64,000 bases of DNA from a bacterium UBA2214 (lineage in GTDB: Bacteria > Zhuqueibacterota > Zhuqueibacteria > Residuimicrobiales > Residuimicrobiaceae): assembly GCA_002327255.1 (NCBI GenBank), contig DCUM01000165.1:40427-104426 (forward strand). The letters run 5' to 3'. The notes beneath the pieces were generated by a model. The model did not search any database and had not been told where the DNA came from. It saw only the letters and a program-made list of their open reading frames with translations. The position numbers and the translations under genes were made by a program. Position 1 is the first letter of the stretch; every line of letters starts with the position of its first letter. Below are positions 10,330-21,700 of the stretch, in pieces.

Positions 10330-12561
10330 TCAATTTCCCGACAGAAGGCAAACCTTCTCTACGGTGTGTTTTGATCCATAAACAAATTCAATAAAATAGA
10401 GGCCACTCGCGACGGTATCATGCCGGGCGTCTCTGCCATTCCACAGGATGGGGTATCTGCCCGCCGTCGCCTCACCCTGATACAGCGTACGCAGCTTCTG
10501 TCCCATTGTGTTGTAAACCGTTATGGTCAGCCGCTGCGCGGATGTCGAGGTCACCGGAATCTCATAATCGATATTGGTTGAATAGCGGAAGGGATTGGGA
10601 TAGGGCCGCGAAACGCGAAAAGCGATGGGCGGCTGGTCATCGGGATCTTCCGGCAACTCTTCAAGCCGAAGGAGGGCAGCGGCGGCGCAATTGATCTTGC
10701 CATAGCCCCATTGATCCTTTTTGGCGCCGCCCTGAGCCCTCGCCGTGTAGATCAGTGCCTGTTTGATGCGCGAGGCGGGCGCCTCGGGATATTTTTCCAG
10801 CAGCAGGGCGACGGTGCCGCTGACGTGGGGCGCGGCCATGCTCGTCCCCAGAGACAAGGCATGCACGCCATCGGGCAGCACAAAGGCATTGGGATAGGAG
10901 ACATCCGGCGAGTTGAAGATGCTGTAATACCCCCCGGGCCTGGCCTCCTGCGACAGCGAGCTGCCGATGATGCGGCCCGGCGCGGTGATTTCGGGTTTGA
11001 TGCGGTCATCACGGCTCGGTCCGGCCCCGGAAAATTCGGCGACCTCGCCGATGATGATAGTACCCTGCGTATCGATGGTCAAATTGTTGCCGTCCAGATC
11101 CTTCCAGGTCTCGCGCGTGGTGTAGGCACCCACCGTGATCGCACTTTTACTCGTGCCCGGGATGGTTAATGACATGCGATCGCTGACGCCCGTCTTGAAA
11201 ACCGCCTCCATACTCACGCTCGCCAGCCAAAAGTGCACCTCGCCGGCGCGGCCGCTCAATTTGACGGTCCATTCTCCCGCGTACGGCAAAACCCCCAGGT
11301 CATCACAGACTTCGATGATGATTTCCTTATCCTGGTTGAAGGGACTGACGCCCGGCTGGATATCGCTGCCCTCTTCGTAATAACCATTCCAGATCAGTAC
11401 CTGGCCATCGCTGCTGTTGCGGCCGAGATATTTGCCGTCGTTGACGGGTCCAAAGGTCTCGCCGCGCGGCGAGATGACCGTCACACTGAGCGAATGCGTG
11501 CCATCATACCAGCCGTCGAGTACAAAATGATCGTTGCCGGAACCGGCGTTGGGCGTATACTCCGGCACGGAGACGGAGATCTGGGCGCTGGAGGAGGTCA
11601 GCGAGGCCTGGGCGTGCGTCTTTTTGCCGCCTTCATTGCCGGCGGCGACGACCACGACGCGACCCGGCCCGGAGAGATCATCGATGTAACGCTCCACCGC
11701 GGTGGTACCGTCATGGGCGCCGAAATTGGTGCCAAAGCTCAGGTTGACGACGCAGGGCATGCCGAGCAGGGTGGCGACGCTGTCGATGAAGCTGATGGCG
11801 AGCAGCTGGTCGGTGCTGCTGAATTCCGACTTTAAGGCATTGCGGGTGGCCTTGACGGCAATCAGATTCGCCTGCGGCGCCACACCCGCAAAGGCGCCAT
11901 ATTCCGCGCCGCCGCCGCCGTTCCCTGCGGCGATGCCGGCGACGTGGGAACCGTGGCCGCTGTTATCTTTTTGCAACACCATCGGGTTTCCCGACAGCGC
12001 CGTATTGATCTGCGCCTCGTTATAGACCGTGCCCCCGTAATAGGAGCCGGGCGTGCTGAAATCGAGGATGTATTTGATGCGCGTTGCGCCATCCGCCGTA
12101 CGAAAATCGGGATGGGTGTAATCGATGCCGGAATCGACGATGCCGATGAGGACGTTTTTGCCGCTGAGGCCGGTTTGATCGCGCGCCTGCAGGGCGCCGA
12201 TCTCTTTCATGCTGATGTCCGCGACCGGCGTGGCGATCTGGCTGGCTTCGAGATAGCGCAAGCCGGGCACGTTCAGCAGAGCGTCCAGTTTGTCCACCGC
12301 CATGGTGACAATGGCCAGCTCGCCGCGCTGCCAGCGGATTTTTCCGCCCTGCGCTTCCATGTCGCGGCGGTGAAAGACGCCGGAGGCGATGACATCCACA
12401 GAGTGGCTGGCAGACTGTCTGGCCAGTGCCTCCGCATTCTGTTGTTTAAACCGCATCATGCCAAGGGATGCATCCATGCGCGCTGTTTGCGCCCATGATA
12501 CCCCGCACAGGGCCAGCATCATCATCATGAGCACTCGCCCAAAACGTTTCCCGGTCATCAC
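10330..12561 (-). CDS. Secreted S8 (subtilisin-family) serine peptidase with a T9SS C-terminal sorting domain
   Basis: Signal peptide. Asp block IGIVDSGIDYTHPDF, His block SGHGSHVAGIAAG, Ser block GTSMAAPHVSG. C-terminal ~80 aa (ITVYNTMGQKLRTLYQGE...SGLYFIEF) resembles a type-A Por secretion CTD. Confidence 0.8.
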   Translation of the reverse strand: MMTGKRFGRVLMMMMLALCGVSWAQTARMDASLGMMRFKQQNAEALARQSASHSVDVIASGVFHRRDMEAQGGKIRWQRGELAIVTMAVDKLDALLNVPGLRYLEASQIATPVADISMKEIGALQARDQTGLSGKNVLIGIVDSGIDYTHPDFRTADGATRIKYILDFSTPGSYYGGTVYNEAQINTALSGNPMVLQKDNSGHGSHVAGIAAGNGGGGAEYGAFAGVAPQANLIAVKATRNALKSEFSSTDQLLAISFIDSVATLLGMPCVVNLSFGTNFGAHDGTTAVERYIDDLSGPGRVVVVAAGNEGGKKTHAQASLTSSSAQISVSVPEYTPNAGSGNDHFVLDGWYDGTHSLSVTVISPRGETFGPVNDGKYLGRNSSDGQVLIWNGYYEEGSDIQPGVSPFNQDKEIIIEVCDDLGVLPYAGEWTVKLSGRAGEVHFWLASVSMEAVFKTGVSDRMSLTIPGTSKSAITVGAYTTRETWKDLDGNNLTIDTQGTIIIGEVAEFSGAGPSRDDRIKPEITAPGRIIGSSLSQEARPGGYYSIFNSPDVSYPNAFVLPDGVHALSLGTSMAAPHVSGTVALLLEKYPEAPASRIKQALIYTARAQGGAKKDQWGYGKINCAAAALLRLEELPEDPDDQPPIAFRVSRPYPNPFRYSTNIDYEIPVTSTSAQRLTITVYNTMGQKLRTLYQGEATAGRYPILWNGRDARHDTVASGLYFIEFVYGSKHTVEKVCLLSGN

Positions 12562-12614
12562 CCTTCTCCGCCAGATAGGACTATTCCAGTGAATTCACAA
12601 GCCAGGCAGCTGAT

Positions 12615-14027
12615 TCATTCTACATTCGATATGCCGCGATGGATTTCCAGCAATTCCTGCCAGTTGGGATTATAGTTCTCGCCGCGCATGGTGCTGTGCA
12701 CCAGCGTATAGGTACCCTGATTTTTGAGATCGATGAAGACAAAGTTCACGCCTCCCTGAATCGCATCGTACGTCCAGATTTGATAGCCCCTGCCGGTGCT
12801 GCTGGAAGGATAACGATCGATATCGGAAGGGATGCCATAGAGCATGGCGGCGCGGCCGCGGTCTGTCTTCCAGCCGGCGGAACCCTCCCTGAAATTGCTG
12901 TTGGCATATTCCGCGCGCTGCAGATACTCCTGACGGAATTCATTGAGCGGCGTGCCGGGGTCGGGGTCGCGCAGCCGCCAGAACATGCTCAAAAAGGAAC
13001 GCATCGCCCTGGTGGTGTTGAGCTGGGCCAGCAGTTTTTGCGTCTCCCGGTCCGCCAGGTAATGGATGTACCGGATTTCGCGGGCGACCTGGACCGAATC
13101 GAGAGCCTCATAGAATGCCACGCCGCGCGCCGTCTCCGGATCGCTTTCGCTCTCCGTCGGGGTATAGGATGGATGGGAGAAATAAAAACGTTTCCGGGTA
13201 TAGGTGACGCGCGTCTCCCCGGAATCGGCGACCGCAAAATAGAGCCAGTACCAGCCGCTCGGCAGCGGGGTGAGAGGCACCCATCCCACTTCGATCATGG
13301 TGTCGCCCGACCTGGGGCGCAAGCGCTTTTTTTCGGGAATCTTTTCAATTTTATACCCATTGTCGTCGCCGAGCCAATAGAGTATCTGGTAATGGTGGTG
13401 TGCGATGTTTTCCGCGAGATTGTACAACTCGACGTAAAACCACAGCATGCTGGACGCTTCCGAGTAGTAGCGCGCGATATTGGGCGTCACTTCGATATTG
13501 TTTTTGATGAGCACCGGACTCGATGAGGCGTCGGCATTTTGTATTTTGGTGCAGAGCACCAGATCGCTGAGTGCGAGCGCGTCTCCCGCGATGGCTTCAT
13601 TCCTGATCGGCATCACGACGCTGTCCGCATGGGTGCCGGACGGGTCGGTGACTCTGATCCTGGCCTGGTAATCCCCGGGCACCAGCGTATAGCGCAGCAG
13701 ATCGATGCGGTTCTGTTGCTGCCACGAGGTATCCTTTTTCGAGAAGAGCATGCGCCAGCGTTTTTGATCGATGGGCGCATCCTCCTTTTCCAGAGTGAAA
13801 TCGATCACCAGCGAGCAGACGCTATCCGCCGCGGCCGTGGAAAAGAGTTCCCACTTGAGCGGATTGATGTTGTAAAAAATCTCGACATTGGTTTCCGTGG
13901 CAGTGCCGCGGAAACGGGCATAATCAGTCTGAACAATGGCTGTCTCCTCCGCATGGAGGACAAAGCAGAGACTGATTAGTGAGATAATGAGAAGGGCCCG
14001 GAACTGGTACATGATCGATCCTTTCAA
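12615..14027 (-). CDS. GWxTD domain-containing secreted protein
   Basis: 470 aa with a signal peptide and the eponymous motif NFREGSAGWKTDRGRAAMLYG near the C-terminus. Confidence 0.7.
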   Translation of the reverse strand: MKGSIMYQFRALLIISLISLCFVLHAEETAIVQTDYARFRGTATETNVEIFYNINPLKWELFSTAAADSVCSLVIDFTLEKEDAPIDQKRWRMLFSKKDTSWQQQNRIDLLRYTLVPGDYQARIRVTDPSGTHADSVVMPIRNEAIAGDALALSDLVLCTKIQNADASSSPVLIKNNIEVTPNIARYYSEASSMLWFYVELYNLAENIAHHHYQILYWLGDDNGYKIEKIPEKKRLRPRSGDTMIEVGWVPLTPLPSGWYWLYFAVADSGETRVTYTRKRFYFSHPSYTPTESESDPETARGVAFYEALDSVQVAREIRYIHYLADRETQKLLAQLNTTRAMRSFLSMFWRLRDPDPGTPLNEFRQEYLQRAEYANSNFREGSAGWKTDRGRAAMLYGIPSDIDRYPSSSTGRGYQIWTYDAIQGGVNFVFIDLKNQGTYTLVHSTMRGENYNPNWQELLEIHRGISNVE

Positions 14028-14190
14028 TGGTGCACGGTCGTGCCGAAATGACTTGCCTATAATGTAATAAATAAATAATCATGAAGCAAAAGAAAAAGCC
14101 GGAGCGGCCAGGCGTGTGCGGATGAAGCGGTGAGGCGCGCGGAGAAAAGAGGTTCGGCGGTGTTAATGGCAGAGCTCTCTTTCAGTAAAC

Positions 14191-14223
14191 AAAAAGCGGG
14201 TGGCCGAGGAGCAGCCACCCGCT
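14191..14223 (-). terminator. Rho-independent terminator after the PorV-like barrel gene
   Basis: Plus strand AAAAAGCGGGTGGCcgaggagcaGCCACCCGC. On the minus strand this is a 9-bp GC stem followed by TTTTT. Confidence 0.55.
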
Positions 14224-14245
14224 GTGATCAGAAAGTCCGTGCAGA

Positions 14246-15286
14246 TCAGAAGCCGATCTTCACCGTGAACATCTGATTGCTGTCAAAGACTTCGACGAAG
14301 CGGTAGGCGTAATCGAGGGTCAGATCGATGCCGCCCATATCCTTGTGGAAACCGGCGCCGAAGCTCGGTCCGTAGATATAGTCCCAGCCATCCGGTACAT
14401 CCATGCCCATGGTGTAGCCACCGCGCAGGAAGACCATATTTCTGAAACTGTACTCCAGACCCATCTTGTTGTCGTCGAATGAAAAGTTATTGTTCTGGAA
14501 CATGTAAGAACCCGTGATGGTGCCCATTTCGCCAAAGTCGTGCGTATAGGCAAGGCCGATCTCGAGCGCCGAAGGAAGTTCAAAGCTCGCCGGATCGACT
14601 TTCAGGCTGGTGCTGGGACGCGCACCATCATCCATTTTGCCCTGGCCGGTCAAACCGGAACCATCATAGGTCATGTTGCCGCCGAGGTTGCGCAAGGCCA
14701 TACCGAAACTGAGTCCATTGATGCCGGCGAAATTGACGTATTGCACACCGACATCCACGGCCAGCGTGCTGGCGCCGACGCGTTTGATTTCTTCATGGAC
14801 CAGATTCACATTGACGCCGAAAGAGACGTTATCGGTGAGGCCTTTGGCATAGGTCACGCCGAGGGTGAAGAAACTCGGCGAGAACATCATGCCCGTGCCA
14901 TCGGGATTGTCGGCCGTGGTGACTTCGATGTCACCGATGGACATGGCTTTCAATCCGAAACCGAGATGGCCGAAACCACCCAGATTGGCGTCTACTGCCA
15001 CGGTGTTCACACTCATATCGGCAATGTAGCCCATATGGGTGAACATGGCGGTGGCTGCAGCGTCCGAACGGGCCAGACCCGCCGGGTTCCAGTAGATGGC
15101 CTCTACGCCGGTGGCCGTAGCGGTCATTGCGCCGCCCATGGCTAAGCCCCGGGCGCCGACCGGAATGAGCAGTTGCGGCGCCGAGGACGTTCCCACGCGA
15201 TCATTTCCGCCGGCGAATCCCGCTGAACTGGCCAGCAGAGTGAAAGCCATGAGGAGAGCGAAAACTCGGAATACTGTTCGCATCAT
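14246..15286 (-). CDS. PorV/PorQ-family (FadL-like) outer-membrane beta-barrel protein
   Basis: 346 aa, signal peptide, N-terminal LLIPVGARGLAMGGAMTATATGVEAIYWNPAGLA typical of PorV/PorQ/FadL-like barrels. Alternating-residue strands and an aromatic C-terminal residue (F). Confidence 0.6.
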   Translation of the reverse strand: MMRTVFRVFALLMAFTLLASSAGFAGGNDRVGTSSAPQLLIPVGARGLAMGGAMTATATGVEAIYWNPAGLARSDAAATAMFTHMGYIADMSVNTVAVDANLGGFGHLGFGLKAMSIGDIEVTTADNPDGTGMMFSPSFFTLGVTYAKGLTDNVSFGVNVNLVHEEIKRVGASTLAVDVGVQYVNFAGINGLSFGMALRNLGGNMTYDGSGLTGQGKMDDGARPSTSLKVDPASFELPSALEIGLAYTHDFGEMGTITGSYMFQNNNFSFDDNKMGLEYSFRNMVFLRGGYTMGMDVPDGWDYIYGPSFGAGFHKDMGGIDLTLDYAYRFVEVFDSNQMFTVKIGF

Positions 15287-15328
15287 ATTATTAAAGCTCC
15301 TATTTTTTTGTCGTTCATCGCCGGGTTA

Positions 15329-18300
15329 TCAATAGACTTCGATGAATTCTTGCTCGCGCACCAGGGCGACTTTGATGATTTTGGCCTTGGCGATCTTGGG
15401 CATGTCGATGTGAGCGATATAGATGCCGCTCGCCACCGGCAGATTGTTGTGGTTGGTCAGGTCCCAGCGCAGGAATTGGGTAGGATCTTCCTTTTCCAGG
15501 ACTTTGACCAGGCTGCCGGCCAGATCAAATATCTTCACGGTCGCATATTGGGGCATGTGGTTGAACGTCACGAAGCGGTTGACCGGATTGGTTTCGCGCG
15601 GATTAAAGCCGTAGTAGGGATTCGGGAAGACCTTAATCGCTTCGATATCCGTACCCGCGACGCTGGCAGTATAGGTGCTCGCCTTGGTGCTGAATTTGAA
15701 GACATCAGCCGCCGTGTTCGGGAGTTTCGCCAAAAAGCGGAACTGGTCACCCGCTTTGGGGGCCGCACTGGGGCCGCGGCGCGCCGCCAGGCTCCAGTAC
15801 ATCACCGGATAGTCACCGTCGAGCAGTGAAGTCATCAGGGCCGGTTTGCTATCCGCCGTGTATACGGTCTCAAAGATCCACAGCCATTCGCGCGGGCCGG
15901 CCGAAGCGGTGTTGCTGCCTGCCGGTGCCGCGAGCGTATAATCGGGCGGCCAGTACTTGCCGTCCACCAGACCGGCGGCGACGTTGTTCTCCATGAAACC
16001 GATATCGAGCTGCTTGCCGGTGACTTCATCGATGGCGACGAACGGAACGACGCGGCGATCCTGAAACACCCACCCGGGTGAGGGGTTGACGATGAACGGG
16101 GCGAATTCGGGTTTGGCCGGAGCCGATGTGGCCGCACGCAGATAGCGGTAAGCCATGGACGAATTGGGATCGTTGGGATTCTTGAGATTGCCCTGGGCAT
16201 CCGTCTCGGCGAACTTTAGCAGGACGGGATGAATCTCACTGGCGACACTGCCCAGGCCCCAGAAATCGGTGTATTCAAAGCCGTCGCACATGGCGCCATT
16301 GAATTGGCTCAAGCCGTAATCACCGGCACCTCCGGCCCAGGTCCACCAGCGGTTGGCAGCCGGTATGGCTTCCCATCCCGCCATGCCGGGCAATGAGCCG
16401 TATTCCTGCACGACCACACCGTTGAAGACGGGGCTGTTGGCGCCAAAGGTGGCCGGATCTTCATAGACTTCCTGAAAGATCGCCTTGTTCGCCGTGGCGT
16501 TGTAGAGCGACCAGAAGGTACTGTCGTTGCGCACCTTGAAATAGACTTCGTAATTGGCGTCAATGGTTTTGGTGGGATCCACCACCGTGGCGATGATTTC
16601 ACCATTGGAAGGTCCGACATGTTCCACTTCGAGAACCTCGCCATCGACGTGCATGTAGCGCACGCCGGGGTTGGGCGATTGCGGCACGGCTTTGAGGACC
16701 ACCGGGGTGCTTTCCAGCGCATGCACCGGCACTTCGGGATCGCCGTTATTGTTGTAGGCGGTGACCACGAAAAAGTACTCGGTGCCGTTCACCAGCGGTT
16801 TGCCGGTGAAGACGTCCTGGGTGATCACGAACGAACGGGAAAGACCCGTGTTGGTGCCGAACTTGACCGGTTTGTTGACGATGTAGCCGCTCGATGGATC
16901 AAACTGCAGGTCAAAGATGGTCGAGACCAGGTTATCGACATCGATGGTGGCCAGACGCCTTCCTTCGCTCAGCTGGGCGCTGGCGCTGGGCAGCTGATAG
17001 ACCACATACCCTTCGAAATGGTACCCCAAAAAGTTCTGGGTCTCGATCTCGTTGAGCAGCTCGTGATCTTCGCCCCAGTTGAGGACGATCTTTTGGTTGA
17101 GTTCGGCGACATGCACCTTGGGGGAGGGCGGCGCCACGGGGAGCACGAAAAAGTTATCGTACGCTGATTGTGCCGAGATGTCGTTGAACTTCATCACCGC
17201 CACGCTCGACTGACGGTCGCCGCCGAGGCCGAATACCGCGGCCACAACGACTTCCTGGGTATCACCATAGGCCAGCTTGAAGGGTCCGGTGATCATCTGC
17301 ATGCGGCGGTCGCCGGGGGTGAGGATGACGCCGTCGAGATCGCCGGTGCCCTGTACCGGATCGCCGGCCAGCGGGAAGCGGGTCGGATTGCCCTTGCCGT
17401 CAGTAAAAGCACTGGTGCCGGCCGGGATCAGTCCGTTCATCATGTTGTACCACTGCCGCGTGCCGTCATAGACGCCCTGGGGCGGATCGGTGATGGACGA
17501 ACCGGCGGCGAAATAGTTGAAGGCGCTCATCTTCAGGTTTTTGTAGCCATGGCGCAGCGTGCCGTTGAAAATGGCGACATCGTCCGGATTGCCGGTGGGG
17601 ACAATGGGGCCCTGGAGAAAGTCGTAGCCGCCGGCAGGCGGTGGCAACTCGAACTTGTCATAGTTGAGATCGCGCGCGTTGGCGTTGTAGACAAAGGAGA
17701 GGGCCAGCGTCGTATCGCAGCCGACGAAATCGTCGCCCGCTTCTCCGAGATCAGGGTCAGACCACGCCGCGAAGAAGCAGCTGTCGACATAGGCGTTGGT
17801 GGGGGTGTTTGACATGCCTTTGTACATCACCTTGTACTTTTTGAAGGCGACGTTGCCCAGCGCATCGGTGCGCTTGTAACCCCACAGGGTCACCTGCATC
17901 TCGATGCCGATGGGTTCGGAACCATAGAAATAACGGGTCTGGGCGGCACTGAGATCATTGACCACATACCAGATCATCTGATCGGCGCCCAACTCACCGG
18001 GTTCCTCGATTTCACCGGGGAAATCGATCTTGCCGTTGCCATTCAAATCCTGGGAGTACCCCAGATCGAGTCTGCCGTTGCCGTTGACATCATAGAACGG
18101 CGCGCCCTTCTGCCAGGGCCATTCGAACCAGTCTTTCTCGTACTGTGCCCGGATGGCGTCCACCTGGCCCGCGGTGACGGAAGAGAGGTTGGTTTCGTTA
18201 TATTCGGCGGCGTCCTGCACCAGGTCCGCTGTTTTGTAATCGCGGCGGATACGCCAGATGCGAACATCGGCCGCGTTTGGATTTTCCGCAACGCCCGGGC

Positions 18301-18652
18301 TGAGGATAGCGCCTGGCGTCAAACCGGTACGGTAAGCAGAACCACCCACGCGCAATTCCGGGGTCATGCCGTCTTTCACCATACCGCCCCACAGCAAGCC
18401 GGATTCATAGATCACCGCTGCGGTGAGACGGGGGAAGAAGGCGCCGGATTGACCGGACGGAGCCAGGGCGCCGTTGCCGGTATTGCGCATCCAGTAGGTC
18501 ACGTTATTGATGTTGAGCAACGTAATAACCGGACTGCCCGACGTTTTTTGCAGGGCAGCTTGCCTGTCCTGATCGTTTTTGGCCCAGGTCGCGGAGGAAA
18601 ACAACACCAGGGCCAACCCGGTAATTAATAGAACATATGCAAATTTTCTCAT
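15329..18652 (-). CDS. Large (1107 aa) secreted protein of unknown function with a T9SS type-A C-terminal sorting domain
   Basis: Signal peptide MRKFAYVLLITGLALVLFSSATWA. Repeated beta-rich segments. C-terminus YATVKIFDLAGSLVKVLEKED...WDLTNHNNLPVASGIYIAHIDMP matches the T9SS CTD pattern. No catalytic motif recognised. Confidence 0.7.
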   Translation of the reverse strand: MRKFAYVLLITGLALVLFSSATWAKNDQDRQAALQKTSGSPVITLLNINNVTYWMRNTGNGALAPSGQSGAFFPRLTAAVIYESGLLWGGMVKDGMTPELRVGGSAYRTGLTPGAILSPGVAENPNAADVRIWRIRRDYKTADLVQDAAEYNETNLSSVTAGQVDAIRAQYEKDWFEWPWQKGAPFYDVNGNGRLDLGYSQDLNGNGKIDFPGEIEEPGELGADQMIWYVVNDLSAAQTRYFYGSEPIGIEMQVTLWGYKRTDALGNVAFKKYKVMYKGMSNTPTNAYVDSCFFAAWSDPDLGEAGDDFVGCDTTLALSFVYNANARDLNYDKFELPPPAGGYDFLQGPIVPTGNPDDVAIFNGTLRHGYKNLKMSAFNYFAAGSSITDPPQGVYDGTRQWYNMMNGLIPAGTSAFTDGKGNPTRFPLAGDPVQGTGDLDGVILTPGDRRMQMITGPFKLAYGDTQEVVVAAVFGLGGDRQSSVAVMKFNDISAQSAYDNFFVLPVAPPSPKVHVAELNQKIVLNWGEDHELLNEIETQNFLGYHFEGYVVYQLPSASAQLSEGRRLATIDVDNLVSTIFDLQFDPSSGYIVNKPVKFGTNTGLSRSFVITQDVFTGKPLVNGTEYFFVVTAYNNNGDPEVPVHALESTPVVLKAVPQSPNPGVRYMHVDGEVLEVEHVGPSNGEIIATVVDPTKTIDANYEVYFKVRNDSTFWSLYNATANKAIFQEVYEDPATFGANSPVFNGVVVQEYGSLPGMAGWEAIPAANRWWTWAGGAGDYGLSQFNGAMCDGFEYTDFWGLGSVASEIHPVLLKFAETDAQGNLKNPNDPNSSMAYRYLRAATSAPAKPEFAPFIVNPSPGWVFQDRRVVPFVAIDEVTGKQLDIGFMENNVAAGLVDGKYWPPDYTLAAPAGSNTASAGPREWLWIFETVYTADSKPALMTSLLDGDYPVMYWSLAARRGPSAAPKAGDQFRFLAKLPNTAADVFKFSTKASTYTASVAGTDIEAIKVFPNPYYGFNPRETNPVNRFVTFNHMPQYATVKIFDLAGSLVKVLEKEDPTQFLRWDLTNHNNLPVASGIYIAHIDMPKIAKAKIIKVALVREQEFIEVY

Positions 18653-18712
18653 AGATGATCAAACCTCCAGTTTTAGAACGTGTAGTCAAAGCCCGTTGCT
18701 GACCACGGTTCC

Positions 18713-21700
18713 TTAGTAGTTGATGTACAGACCGACTCGGATCTCGCGCGGCTGTCCCCAAAGATCACCGGGATAACCCGCGATGGTCCAGTTTTGACCA
18801 TTCAGATCGTTAAATTTCTGCAACATCATCTTGTAGCCCGAACCGGTTTCAGAGGCGAGTTTCAGGCCGCTGAGGGATGGATCCGCCAAAAAGCCGTCGA
18901 TGTCCGAACCGGTGCGCGGCCAGACGTTGAGGATATTTTTGGTGTTGAGCAGGTTCTGGGCATAGATGTAGACATTGACGTCAAATTTGCCGATGGAGAT
19001 GGTCTTGTCCAGGCGGCCGTCGAGATAGAAGGTCCACGGCGTCATCGAAGAGCCGATGGGCTCGAGCGGACGGCGGGAGCGGGCATCGGAACCGTTGCCG
19101 GCTGCGCCGGACTGGGCATCGACCTGTCCAAGAGCGCCACCGCTGAGCGTGTAGGGGTGTCCGCTGCTGAACTTGAAGAGCAGATTGAGGCCGAGTCTCT
19201 CGAGGATCGGGCCGCCATCATCCTTGTCAAAGCGGTAATCGAGGTTGATGTTGCCGCTGTGGGGATGGTTGAAATAGGTCGGCGTGATGATCGTGATCTG
19301 ACGGGTTCCCTGATCCAGGGCCGCACTGCTTTGGTTGACATACGAACCGGTGCCGCGGGCGGTCTGGTAGGTATAGTTCACCCAGCCCATGACGCGGTTG
19401 ACGCGGCGCATGGTGTAGCGGAACTCGACGCCCTTGGAGGTCGAGAATCCACCATTGGTGGTGATGTCATAGGGCTGTACGCCCGACTCGGGAGACGTGA
19501 AGACACGCTGCGTCTGGAGTTGATCCTTGATGTCCTTGTAGAAGAGGGTGACATCGAAGGAGGCGTTGTCGGCGAATTGCTGATTGAATCCCACTTCGTA
19601 GGAGGTGGTGCGTTCCGGATCGATGCGGAAGGCGAACGGGTTGGTGAAAAAGTTACCCGAGGCGCCGATATTCATGGCGCGGTTCCACATCGAGCGGTAG
19701 ACCTGCGTCATCTGCGGCATCATGATGTACTTGCCCCACTGGAAGTGGAACTTGGTGCGATCGGTGACCGGGAAGGAGAAGCCCAGTCGCGGACTGACCG
19801 TGACAGACGCTTTCACTTTGTCATAAGCAGATTCCATCAACACGTTGTTCTGGCGATCGTAGCCGGGGTTGGTGTAATCCTTCGGTTCCCAGGTCTGCAT
19901 GTCATAATAGTCCAGACGCAGGCCCGAGTTGATCACCAGGTCCTTGTATTCATAGATATCATGCAAATAAGCGGCGCCGATGAGCGGATGGGGGGTCTTG
20001 TTGAAGAAGGGACCGCCGTCGGTCTCCTTGCCGAAGACGTCATAGCCGTAGATATTGGGCGCCAAAGAGATGAAGTACTGCTCCAGGGCGGCCGGATTCA
20101 GCAGGATGCCCGGATTGTTGCGCAGATAGAGATGAGAGCTGGCCGTTGTCGGCGCTGCGTAACTGCGCATGGTCCAGTACTGCATTTCACCGCCGAAGGT
20201 GAGGTTGTGGCGGTTGGTTTTCACCGTAAAGTCGAGGTTACCGCCGACATAGGAACGCTTGAAATAATTCAGCGAAGTGATCCAGGGACGTTCGGGGGCG
20301 GCAAAGGCGAAATCATAGATGCTGAGGGCGTAAGCCGGCTGAGCGTAACGGGCAAATGCGTTCGGGAAGCCCGCTTTGGCCTGCGCCAGGCTGTCGACAT
20401 AGGACCAGGCATCATCCTTGAAAAGGGGATCGTAGCTCTTGCCGCGGAAACCGCTGTGCGCCAGGCTCAGGGTATAGAAGGCGTTGGGCGAGAGGAAATG
20501 GGTCATCTTGGTGGTCAGCGTCATCTGGCTCTGCTCGTTGATGGAGCTGCGTTCGCGGCGCAGGAGGTTCGACAGCGGATCGCCGTTGCCGGACCAGCGG
20601 ATGTAGGAGCCGATGGCCGAGCCGCGCAGGGTGATGGATTTGCTCAGGTCATAGGTGAGGACGCCATTGTAATTGTAGCGGTTGCGCTGGTTGTTCCACG
20701 GGATGATACCGCCTTTCCAGTCCAGCACCTGCACGGTATCGCCATTGCCACCGAGCAGACCGGAATCCACCAGCTGCATGATCTGGCCGTCTTGGAGCAC
20801 GGTCTTGTTGTGTTCCAGCGTGAAGGGTTCCCAGAAGTTGCGGCTCTGGTCGCGGTCAAAGCGGTTTTCGCCCGCCACAAAGAATTTTACCTTCTTGTTG
20901 GTGTAGGGCACGGGGCCGCTGGCGGTGAGCACATAATCGGAATAACCATAGGAATAGGTGTCGAGGAATTTCTCACCCGGAGTGGCGAGCTGGTCGGTCT
21001 CGAGGCGGAGGCTGAAGCGGTAATCCGGCGTGCCGCTCTTGAGCACCGAAGCGATGATACCGCCGCTGGCGCCGCCGTACTGGGCGGTATAACCACCGGC
21101 CTGCATCTGCACTTCTTCCAGGGCTTCCGGAATCACCGTGGCCATGTTGCTGGCGCTGGAAATGCCAAAAGCGCCCGAAGAACCGACGACGTCGCGGGTA
21201 TTGACGCCTTCGACGTAATAGCCGACCGCGTCGCCGCGGCTGCCGCGGATGTAGTAGACGCCATCCTGCGTGACCACGCCGGGATTGAGCGCTGCGGCGG
21301 CGGTGACGCCACGGATGGGCAGGTTTTCAATCTGTTCCGTATTGAGAATACGGGTGGTATTGGTCGAGGTCTTTTCGATCAGGGGGCGTTCACCGATGAT
21401 GGTGATCTCCTGCCCCTGCAGCACCGAGGGCGTCATGTTGACGGTGACGCGTTCGGTCAGACCGATGCGAACACGAATGTTCTCGATTCTCATGGTGGCA
21501 TACCCGACAAAAGTCGCCTGCAGGGTATAGACGCCGACCGGGATGTTCTGGATATAGAACTCTCCGTTCACATCGCTGGCAGCGCCATAGGTGGTGCCCA
21601 CGAGCAACACATTGGTGCCAGGCAACGGCTCACCCGTTTCTTTGTCCTTGACAACACCCGAGATTCGTCCCGATGTGGTCTGGGCGAACCCGGGAATGGT